Position numbers and translations under genes: made by a program | The notes under the pieces: generated by a model | Seen by the model: the letters and a program-made list of their open reading frames with translations, nothing else | Database searches by the model: none | What the model was told of the DNA's origin: nothing | Shown here: positions 38,586 through 49,754 of the stretch, one piece after another | How the letters are laid out: every line of letters starts with the position of its first letter | How positions within the stretch are numbered: position 1 is the stretch's first letter | NCBI RefSeq assembly: GCF_018977255.1 | Contig: NW_024704742.1 | Coordinates: 78,432,001 to 78,496,000, forward strand | DNA from: Callorhinchus milii | Lineage: Eukaryota | Direction: 5' to 3' | Length of the DNA: 64,000 bases

Positions 38586-39260
38586 GTGATGAGTAAAGAG
38601 AGAGATATAGAAACATAGAATGAATGGGGTAATGAATAGATGACTAGATGTATGAAGGTGTAATGGCAGAGTAAGTGAATAAGTAATGTATAGATTGGTT
38701 GAGATTCAGATAGGTTAGCAATAGATACATTGTAGACCACTTAGAGGAAACCACTTTTTAACTCTTGTTGGTTCCCCTTGTATTCACACAGGAGCTATTT
38801 CATGAATACATTAGTCGCTGATTTTGATGTTATCCAAAACACATTCCCAAAATGCAATACCTCACACCCACCTAGTATTCTAGACAGCATTATAGTTCAG
38901 ATTCCCTCTGACAGGTTGTGTTGCTATATAAGTCGCATCTCAATATCTAGAAAACTTTACAAAACTGAGATGAAGATGCAACATATGCTATGCATTATTC
39001 TGCTATTGTATCAAGTTTTACAGCCGAACTGAATTGTATTGATAGGCTTGCTCTATCTCTTCCTTCTGCCCCTCTATCTCGTCTCCTCTCTATGCATCTT
39101 CAAATCCCGCCTAATAACCTACCTCTTCGATCGCACCTATGATCCCCTTCCCTTCTCCCTTGCTTGGCGTTTAACCACCATCATTGTGCCGCACTCTTGA
39201 GACACTATCCTATGCAAAGGATGCAAGTTGTTATTGTTGCATATTTCATTCTCTCATTAC

Positions 39261-40146
39261 CTCTCTGATAGAATGCTCTTTCTTTATATGGCCCGAGATG
39301 TATCTCACAGATTCAGCAGCCCTCTCTAAGATAGCTACCACGGCTGCATTTTCGTCATCCTTTGCTGAACTCCGTCTCCGTTTCTCAGCGGCCTTCTGCC
39401 TCGATTTTGGGCTGTCCATATTGCTTTCCGAGCAGTGGTAGCGATCGGTGTGGCCCCTCATGCACAGGAGTTTGGGGAGCCTCTGAAGGAACAACCTTTT
39501 GACCCACGGGGCCATGGGGTGGTAGGTTGCTGAGGTGCGATGGTGAACGTTTATCACAAAGACAGTGACAATGATCGAGAGAGTCACGAAAATCATAATA
39601 AACAGTAAATATTCCCCAATCAAAGGGATCACTTTGGAGGAAGATGGGATGATCTCTTCAATGAGTAAAAGGAAGACAGTCAGGGAGACCAGAACCGAAG
39701 TGGACAGGGACAGCTTCTCCCCTTCATCTGAGGGTGAGTAGAATACGAGTACAGTGAGAAAAGATAGCCCAAGACAAGGAACGATCAGAAACAATGTGTA
39801 GAACAGGGGCAAACGCCTCAGTACAAAATAATATGTGATAAAAGGGTATACATAACAGTCATCGCTTCTGGTCCCTTTCATTCCCGTGGCATTTAAAATC
39901 TCCCATTCTCCATTGTCAAAAAAGTCCTTTCGGTCCACATTCTCATCTACCAAAATGAGGTCGACCAAGCTGCCATCATAGGTCCAGGACCCAAATTTCA
40001 TTGAGCAGTTCTGTCTGTCAAACGGGAAAAAAGTGACGTCTATTGTACAGGAGCTTTTGTAACTTGCTGGGGGTGTCCATTTCACTGCACCATTATGCTT
40101 CACAATTGCTTTTGTCATTAAGGAGCCTTCAAACCGTCCATCTGCA
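39261..40146 (-). CDS. chrnb3: chrnb3 exon 5 (Cys-loop, loop C, M1-M3, intracellular loop)
   Basis: Inside ORF 39246..40157; cttcag acceptor, GAG|gtaatg donor, 886 nt open. Confidence 0.97.
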
Positions 40147-40494
40147 CTGAAGAGCAAGACAAGAAAACGGAGAAATATAAGAAGATAGAGAGGAAATATT
40201 TCAGCGTTTGCATATTTCTACACAACGGATCAATCAACTCTGTACCTTTCTACAATACACAAAGTCACAAGGGAGGAATGGATGAAAAATGACTTTCTGG
40301 TCATTTCATCTTATGCTTCCAGAATATCCATTGTAAAGTCTTCAAGCTGTTTCTGAATGGGGTGCTGGCTTCAACCATTCCTCCTAGTTTCTGTTCCAGT
40401 CGTTAATTACCCTCTGAGTAAAGAAATACTTCCTGATGTCTGTCTACACTTTGTAACCTTGAATTTGTGCCCTTCTGTCGTGCTGAATTGGTGT

Positions 40495-41095
40495 ATTTTG
40501 CCCACCTCCGACCGTACCTTACCCCAAATGCAGCCGAAACCCTCGTGCATGTGTTTATCACCTCTCGCCTGGATTACTTAAAACACATTCCTCGCCTATC
40601 TTCCTAGCTCCACTAAACAAAAAATCCAGTTAATTCAGAACTCTACCGCCCGCATACCAAACTCCTTTCCCCCATCTCATTAGTTCTGACCAGGCTTCAC
40701 TGGCTCCCCATCACCGAATGGATCGACTTCCAAGATTCTCACACTCGTGTTCAAATCCCTTCACTTCCGACCTCCTCAATCCCCAATCCACCACCTGGCG
40801 CCTCCGCTCAACTGGCACCGGCCTCCTACTTGCCCCTTGCACCATCCACTCCACCATTGGAGGTCATGCTTTCAGCCACTATGCCCCGAAACTCTGGAAT
40901 ACTCTCTCAATTCTTGCGCTTTGCCCCCTCCCCTTTTTCAAATCCTGCCTGATACCTTTCCTTTTCGTTGCAAGACAGTCACCTAACCCACCCAACCCCA
41001 CCCGGCTAGGAGTCAGGCTCCACCACTGTTAAGCACTCTGAGATGCTACCCTGTGTGGAGGGTGCTATATAAGTGCAAGTTGTTGTTATTGTTGA
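40495..41095 (+). mobile_element. L2 LINE 3' fragment (family B), chrnb3 intron 4
   Basis: IGGHAFSHYAPKLWNTL; family B tail. Confidence 0.85.
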
Positions 41096-42944
41096 TAACC
41101 TTGAATTTGTGTCTTCTTGTCCTGCTGAATTTGTTTATCTGAGCGTATTTTTCTGGATTTACTTTTCCAATCCTAATTTGTAGGTACAATGATTATTATT
41201 CTATATTTCCCAGCAGTCCCTTCTAGGTGCATCTTTTCAATACTTAAGGGTCTAAGATTATTCTTTTCTCACAGTTCATCCTTCTTATATTGTTGCTCTG
41301 CTCTGCACTGCCGCTGGCAAGTCTTCTTAAACTGTGCTAGCCAGTACTGTGAGCAATAGTCCAGGTGAGGCCTGGCTTGAGTACGGAAAAGCTTGCTTAT
41401 GAGTTCTGAGGTTCTGAGCTCAACTGATTTGGAAATGTAATCCAGCTTCCTGTTTGCCTTGTTTTATTGCTTGCTCCTACTGGCAAGGTGGAGCTCATCC
41501 ATTGCCTGTGCCTCCTATTCTTACTTCTTACTTGGGACGTCTTCCTGATGTAAAAGGCACGATACAAATGTAATTCTGTTGTTGTTGTTCTTATATGCAG
41601 TGCATGGTAATTATCTGTATTGAATTTCATTTGCCAGTGATTATTTGATTTGAAGGTTGCCCTCTCCTTAATGTCACTTGTAATTTTAATCACTTTAACA
41701 CTCAGTCTTTGAGATGCTACCCTGCGTGAAGAGCGCTATATAAATGCACATTGTTGTTGTTTAGTGTAGTTTTGAGCCTATCTGCCATACAATAATATCG
41801 AACAAGGGTTTGCGGAACTCCTTACTTCCTTCACTCATCCCTTCTTCCTGCAAACTACTTGCTTTGAAGTGAAACTCGGCATCTCTCATCTCCCAGTAAC
41901 TCTACCATCATAACATTCAATTGTATTTTGAATAATCTCAGTATTTTTGCCTTTCTTACCACGTATGGTAGATTCCTGCAAACATTCATCATCGAATCAA
42001 TAAAAGGTTACCAGACAAGAAGCGATTTGGTTCAACTGAATAGTATGCTACCTGAACAATGTACTTTGTGTGTCAGCTCAGTATGAACAGTGGGAATCAT
42101 TTTTGACATAAATGGAAAGAAACATATGCTGCTGTCAAATATCCCACTGAGCGACGTCAGAACTATTGCTAAGCAATCTGAGTGGGTGTTGTACTACTTA
42201 TCTTATTTTCCTTTCTGCCACATCAATCCTGACATTGGTACTGACAGAGATTATGTCAGTCTCCGGAATCTGTCAATCTCTATACCTTGCATTACAGTAT
42301 AACCATACCACACAGTTCGCACAGTCTGATGTTACCAAACATTTCGATTCAAAGTATTCTTGAAGCAACTACCATACTTTCAGACCTCACATAAACCACA
42401 AACAATTTTCTCTTCAAGTAGCAGGAGCAGAAATACTTTGCTGACGTTTCACAAGATCACAAGTTGGGATAAAAAAGCCCTTTGACCCATCTGATCTCAT
42501 CCCTTCAGAACACCCACCCAATGGTCCTCCCATCATAGCACAGCGCGTTTTTTTAAAAAATGAGCCTGGCCTCAACCACGCTTCCTGGCAACACACCCAA
42601 GGTGTTAATTGCTTCCTGCATAAAGAAAGACTGTTTCCAAGATAGCAACGGAGATTTGAATGAGTAGGATTTTGTGGGTGGTGGAGCTGTGGAGACTGGC
42701 AAGGAAGGTATTGAAAAAACTGAGGTCTGAAATGATGAATGAGGATTTCAGCTGCATTAGGTGTGACAACAGCAACACATTAGATTTGCATAGCACCTTT
42801 CAAGTCAAGAGGACATCCCAAGGTGCTGGACAGTAAGGGATTTGGACCCGAGCTGGGGGTTGGGATCAGGGAGGTGTGGAGGGCAGGGACAGGAGGGTGG
42901 CCAAAGGCATGGTTAAAGAGGAGGGTTTTGAGACATGCCTTGCA

Positions 42945-44830
42945 CCAACAACTTGCACTTATATAGCGCCCTCCATGCAGGGTAGCCTCACGGAGCGCTT
43001 AACAATGGTGGAGCTCAAGCTGGGGGTGGGGAGGTGGTGACCATATGCAAGGTCGAAAGGAAGGTTATCAGGCGGGATTTGAAAAAGAGGAGAGAGGGGG
43101 CAAAGCACAGAGAATGAGGGAGAGTGTTCCACAATTTCAGGGCATAGTGTTTGAAAGCACGATCTCCGATGGTGGGACAGAGGGTGCGAGGGACAAGCAG
43201 GAAGCCAGTGTCAGTTGAGCCGAGACACCAGGTGGTGGATTGGGGAGTGAGGAGAGCGGAGAGGTAGGGAGGTGCCAGAGATTGAAGGGATTTGAACACG
43301 AGTGTGAGGATCTTGAAGTCGATCCGTTCAGTGATGGGGAGGCAGTGGAGCCTGACCAGAACTGGTGAGATGTGCGTTCAGAGTTTGGTCCAGTTAAGTT
43401 ATGTATGTGGTGGCAGAGTTCTGAATTAGCTGGATCTTTTTAGTAGTGGAACTGGCGAGACCGGCGAGGAGAGCGTTTGCGTAATCCAGGCGGAAGTGAC
43501 AAACAAGGGTTTTGCCTGCATTTGGGGTAAGGTATGATTGGAGGCTGGCAATGTGGTGGAGACGGAAGATTGTGGTCCTGGTCAGGGACTGGATGTGGAG
43601 GAGGAAGGACAGCTGCGTATTGAACCAAAGGCCTAGATTGTGCACTGGTTCAGTGAGTCTGAGGGAGAACCCAAGTAGGTTGAGAAGTTTGGATCTGCAG
43701 AAGTGAAGACATTGACGGGAGGAGTATGATTTCTGTCTTGTCCACATTCAGCTGCAGGAAGGTTGCACTCATCCAGGCTCTGATGTCTGCCAGACAAGCT
43801 GATAGAACATTGGCGGACCTGGAGTTGGTACTGGAGGAGACAAAGTAGATTTATGTGTTATCTGCATACTATAGGAAGTTTACTCCACGTCTGCGGATGA
43901 CATTGCCAAGAGGGAGCATATAGACAAGGAAAAGAAGGGGGTCAAGAATGGAGCCCTGGAGTACCCCGCAGGTGACCGGGTAGGGGTGGGAGGAAAAAAC
44001 ATTTGCTAAGGTGGAGGCGGTTGGTTAAGTAGGACTCGAACCACGTGATTGTGGTCCTACTAATGTGGATGAGGAGGAGAGGTGGTGGAGGAGGATGGCG
44101 TGGTCGACTGTGTCGAACGTGGCAGAGAGATCCACGAGGACAAGGAGGCAGAGGGACCCCAGGTCACAAACAGAGAGGACATTGTTTGTGACTTTGACAA
44201 GCGCTGTCTCTGTGCTGTGGGCAGTGTGAAAACCAGACAGCAGGGGCTCGAGGAGGGAGTGGAGGGAGAGGTGTGACCGAAGGTGACCTGCAACAATGAG
44301 TTCCAGGACTTTGGCAAAGAAGGGTAGGTTGGAGATGGGATGGTAGTGTGAGAGATTAAAGGGATGGAGGATGTTTTTTTTGAGGAGGTGTGTGATGACA
44401 GGGGAGTTGAACAGAGACTGAGGAGAGAGATTGGTTGATCATGTTGCCCAGCAGGGGGTAGAGGAGGGGGAGTTGAGTGACCAGCAGCTGGGTTGCAAGG
44501 GGACCGAGGCAGCAGGTGGTGAACTTCATCTGGGTGATTGTGATTGAGAGGGAGGAGGAAAAAATGGGGGCAAAGGAGTTTAAGGAGGGGGAATGGCAGG
44601 AGCCGTGGTGTTGGTCTGGGTGGGTGGAAGGGGACATGGGAGAGGAGGATACAGCCAAGCGGATGTTTTCAATCTTTGAGACAAAGAAGTCTAGGACCTC
44701 TTTGTACTTGGTGTTTGACGTGAGGATAGAAGGGGCTTGATGGGGTGCACGGAGGACGTGATGGACGGTGGAAAACAACATCTTTGGATTGTTGTTTGCC
44801 TCCAGGATGGCTTTGAAATAAAAGTCAGTT
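42945..44830 (-). mobile_element. L2 LINE ~1.9-kb 5'-truncated copy (family B), frameshifted
   Basis: Successive ORF2 fragments 43015-45009; RT segment and 3' tail. Confidence 0.88.
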
Positions 44831-45744
44831 TTGGCCTGTGAAAGGGAAGTGCTCGGGCTACAGCTGGCAATGAATCTTGAGGCTGGATTTCTGCGCTCGA
44901 GCATCCAGATTTGTGTTTGAGTGAGTGGAGATGACTGTTGTACCAGGGTGGGCTTGGAAACAACCCTGGATTTCAGGGAAGCCGGAGAGACTGCAGGATG
45001 GAGTTCCAAAGGGTGGGGACAGCAAAGCTGAAGGTCCGACCGCCAAAGGTGGGGTGGGCCAGGCAGGGGACATGAAACAGGCTGTATCCTGCTGAGTGGA
45101 GGGAGTAGACAGGTTGATATGCCGTCAGCAGGTCACAGAGATAAAATGGAGCAAGGCCGTGGAGGGTTTTGAAGGTGAGGACAAGGATTTTGAATTCTAT
45201 CCTCTGGGAGATGGGGAGCCATTGGAGCCTGGTGCAGGGAGTAAGGAAACTTGCCCAAGGTTTTGCTTCATGCATGAATTGAACCCAAGTCCTTTTGCTT
45301 GTGAGGTGAGTGCTCTAACCAATACATGATTTTAATTTTTAAGACCATTGGTCTTAAGGCTAAGACAATGAGATAGTTCAGGTGTCTGCTTACCCAACAA
45401 TACAATAATACAATTTATATTTCTACAGTGCCTTTCACGTTGGTAGGATATCCCAAAATGTTTCATAGAATTTACTGTGTATTTGTGGGCAAATGTGGCA
45501 GTCCAATTACACACAGCAATGTCCCACAAACAGTCATGAAACAAACAAAAATAACTCAAAGGCACAGTCAAGGAGATAAGTTTTGAATCAGGCTTTGAAC
45601 ATTGGTATAACCTGGCATATAAATGAATACCCAAGATGTTTCAGTACATTTTAAGCCTTTCATCTCTTGTCTTAAGACATCACAAATGTGTTGAATAGAT
45701 TTATCAGTTTTTCTGCTTGTCAGAATTGATTCCTGAATACCTAC

Positions 45745-45854
45745 TTTTCATATAATACAATATCAGGGAGCCAAATCGACTCAGACGGCACTCTGATAGC
45801 GTTGATGCCACCATAATCATCCGGATCCCATGCCAGCTTATAATCATTCCACTC
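45745..45854 (-). CDS. chrnb3: chrnb3 exon 4 ([37 protein letters not shown])
   Basis: ttgcag acceptor, AA|gtaggt donor, 110 nt, [10 protein letters not shown] motif; read manually, not in the ORF track frame. Confidence 0.96.
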
Positions 45855-46863
45855 CTGCAATTCAAAATAATAAATCCAGTTACAGCACGAGGGGCAAAGA
45901 CCAAATGACACAGAACTCTTGTGACCATTCTAAGTTGAGAAATTAATTCCGAAAAATATAAAACCCTACATTTAGGGCACAGATTAATATGCCAAGTATT
46001 AATCTACATACTATATAAACTATATAAACCACAAATTTAATACAGAAGCTTATTCAACAAGCCATATGCAAAATATTCCATTTAACCACACATCCATTCA
46101 CAAGTTAATGTCCCCATTTATATGCAAAATACTATATAAGCTATAAACATCTAATGCACAGAATAATATCATGAGTTATACGCAAAAATATTATATAAAC
46201 TGCACATCCATTGCACAGGTCAATATAAACAAAGTATTAAAACCAAAAATGGACTGTAAAGTGCCTTTGAGATCTGAGCTGGGGAACTTGATTTTCATTT
46301 CTTTCTCCCCGGGTCTCCCCTCTCCACTCTTGAAGTGGCTGACTTGTACCTTGCTGCAGCTCTACAGTTATCAGGTGTCGTCTTCTACCTTTCCCAAGTG
46401 ATCATTCTATAAGTTGACAGAAGCATCAAACACGCACTGATCACAATAGAAATCTTTGTGTTACATCTCTATTGTGAGATTTCCACTTTTTTTTGTTGGT
46501 ACTTTCCATGTTTAGTAGGGATTACTGGATGCTGATCATGGACAGGAACATTGGCTGAATTTCCTTCTCCTAGTCAGGAGTTGTAGGGCCAACTCAGGCA
46601 CATCTGCTGTGATCCTGGATAAGATCAGCCAAGAACAGGGATCAACTTTGGGATCTACCTGGTTTGTTAATATCTGTACCGAGTGATATATTTACCAATG
46701 GGAGCTTGACCTGACTGTCGTCATTTGTTCACTGTGTTCATACTTACATTTCCTTATCCTACAGCCTGACAATATGAATTAACCCGCACTGAATCCCACC
46801 TAATTGTCCAGAAGTGGCAGCACTAACTTGCTGCTTGCATCGACTGTGACAAGATGTTCTCAC

Positions 46864-46908
46864 CTGCTTTAGCCAAACATTTGTAGTCATCAACTGATTC
46901 TTTTCATC
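46864..46908 (-). CDS. chrnb3: chrnb3 exon 3 (DEKNQLMTTNVWLKQ)
   Basis: ttgcag acceptor, CAG|gtgaga donor, 45-nt exon typical of nAChR genes. Confidence 0.96.
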
Positions 46909-46954
46909 CTGCAATGTAAAAGATTCATTATGGATGCAGCACCAGCTTAACACC

Positions 46955-47275
46955 GGAGTCCTGTAGCTCAGTGGTTAGAGCACTCGCTTTGCAAGTGAGA
47001 GACTTGAGTTCAATTCCAGGCACAGGACGAAACCTTGGGAAAGTTTCCTTACTCCACACACCTAATAATAATCCCTCCAAAACCAAAAACAATAATAAAT
47101 TGGTCATTTTCAATCTACGACTGTTTGTGGGACATTGCTGTGCGCAATTGGCTGCCGCGTTCGCCCACAAATATACAGTCAATTCACTTTACAGTGTGTT
47201 CTGTGAAGCGCTTTGGGACGTCCTCCCGACGTGAAAAGCGCTGTATCAAATGCAAAGATGATAGGATTATTATTA
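46955..47275 (+). mobile_element. tRNA-derived SINE, young subfamily, in chrnb3 intron 2
   Basis: Near-identical to other copies. Confidence 0.93.
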
Positions 47276-49367
47276 ACATTTTTCAAAACTCTCTAAAATC
47301 AAGCAATGTGACTTGGGTAGAAAACCTGAGGCAGAAAAACACATTGGAACATAGGAACATACAGGATCACAAAAGACCACTGTGGTCAAACGTACTGGTC
47401 CCAATGTAAAAAGGGAGAGAGGGAATGATCAACTGACCGACCAAAACAATAATAGTGAACCGTCAAACAATGTGAAATTGTTCAAACGCCTTAAAACAAT
47501 TTTATTTCTCTCGAAATAATTATCTAATTTTCGCTTGAATTTACTGACAGTCCGTCTCCCTCGCCTTCTTCTGAGGTTCTCTCTGTGCAGCAGCTTGGGC
47601 TCAGGGAATTTGGCAGTAACCTTTCACAAAACAGTTGAGTTCTTCTCAGGGATGTGATATTCATAACATAATGATAGCCAGTTCCTGGGATGTGCAGACC
47701 ATTGTACCATCTAGCCCATCCATCTCAAAGTAATCATATAAAATATATTGGGACTTATATTGCAAGATTCATAAAAATGATTCCTTAATAACAACTCTAA
47801 AGACTAGATATTCCATCTGTACAACTATTTTGCCTTAAAATGTAAGATCATGCAGAATTATGAAACATTTTTTAAATTCCAAATGATTTGGGATGCTAGT
47901 TTTTCACAGATCTTAAAAATCAATTACCAAAGTAAAAAAAACATCCCAAATTTTAAAATAAAATAGTTCAGGTGGAATTTGGGGCCTTATATTTCCAATG
48001 GAACATTTTTTGATACATCACCCTGATTCATGGGACCAATTGCCCTAACTTTATCTGACACTGGGGAAAAGATTGATGGGGAAACTAATCTAGGAGAGGA
48101 AAACTAATCTGTTTAAAATGCCTATAGAAATTATTATACAAAAAGACTATTTGCCATAGATTATGAGGGCAGAAGTAGAGATCACAGGTTTAAATGAAAT
48201 ATACACAAGTAAGATTAGAGATCAGAGGCTTGAAATTCCACCTGGGCTAAATCTGAATGACCATTTTCTCTTAAAATTTAAAATTGTGTCGAATGGTGGA
48301 AAATGCTTAAATTTAGGCTTAATTTGGATGCCTGCTCTTAAATTAAGGTTGTATTTTAAGGTTCTTTTTTTACAATTCTGTGTAATCTTACATTTTGTGA
48401 CAAAATGGACCTTGCTCGGGAACTGGAACGACTGAGATTGCCACAGAGGGTTGACTCGATTCTGACATTCCATTGCCAAACATGTCACCTTGTAGCCAGT
48501 TCAGCTCCAAGGAGATCCTGCTTACCACCGTCTCCCTCCTTCCCCCACCTCCAGGAGGGTTTTTCTCTGTGGTTATCACAGAGAGATTATCTATTCTGAC
48601 TCACATCATTGGCCTTGAGAGCACTTCTCATGGAGGAGTCTGCTCTTAACCTCCAGGCGACTATTAGTGATAGTTGCTCTTTCATCTGCTATTCTCAACT
48701 TCAAAGAGAAGTCATTCTAGAGAATAGCTGCATCAGCATTTCTTCCTCAGGAAAAAAAGCAGATACTCTCTATGTCACAAATTGCCTCTTCAAATTAGTT
48801 TCTATATCCCTTTTCTCTCCCCCCACTTCTCTGGTGGGGAGCAAACATAGAAACTAGCAATAACTCTATGCTGGTTGATAGTTTCACAGCCTGTTTGCAG
48901 AAGCCGATGCATATATAATATTACAATATACTTTTTAACACAAGAGGTTAAGAAAATGTTTTTAATTGTGTGAGAGAAGAGGAGATCCAATTCTGGTTTG
49001 AAATACTTTGCCCCATAATTGAAATGGAATGTGGAAGCCGAAAAAAGTAAGGAACCAGAAATTTAAAAGGTAAATTTATGGAGAAAAAAAGATTAAATAA
49101 AACTGGAAGAGAAGAAATTGAGAAGTGAAATTAAATAAAAATTAAAAAATAATAAAGGTCGAGAAGAAGAGAGAACTGAAGCATGAATGAGGACAGGTAA
49201 AGTACGTAAAAAATTTTTTTGTATGAATTCAGATTTTAATATTCACTTATTTGTTCTTTGGCTCTAATGGGATGAAGGTCAATGCTTTTACTTATCTCTC
49301 AGAGCATTTAGTTTAAAGTTTCCATGTGTACACTTTCCTAAAATAATGGTACACAGACAAAACTTAC

Positions 49368-49519
49368 CACATCCACCAGCTGGGAGATTTCAAGTCCGAA
49401 CTTCACTGTTATTGTGTCATTGCAGTTTTGCACTGGTCTCACCCACTTCTGATATCCTCGAAACAGGTTCCTTAGCAGGGCATCTTCCATCTCTGCAAGC
49501 AGCTTCATTGTTTTGGCAG
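49368..49519 (-). CDS. chrnb3: chrnb3 exon 2 ([30 protein letters not shown]...ISQLVDV)
   Basis: tttcag acceptor, GTG|gtaagt donor, 152 nt, [17 protein letters not shown] motif. Confidence 0.95.
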
Positions 49520-49754
49520 CTGAAATGGTGCACGTCAGAGAGATGTTCATCACAACTGGCATGAAGCAAAATGACAAGAAGTGGAAACAGTGCAGTAAAA
49601 ATGACAACCCTAAATGGGTTAATTAACCCATGTTGGAAAATTCCACCCTGCTGCTAACTAAAGATACTGACTGATCCCGAATCAGTCATTATTGTTGCAT
49701 TAAAATTCCAGCACGTCACAGACTGTGAATTGGAGCTTATTGGAGCAACATACA

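Noticed and set aside
37507..49519. Assignment as chrna5
   Set aside because: Lacks vicinal Cys-Cys; the [28 protein letters not shown] and [13 protein letters not shown] motifs fit beta3 better.
49520..49607. In-frame N-terminal extension of exon 2 ([14 protein letters not shown])
   Set aside because: A good acceptor at 49520 gives the typical 152-nt exon; the extension is intronic read-through of the ORF.
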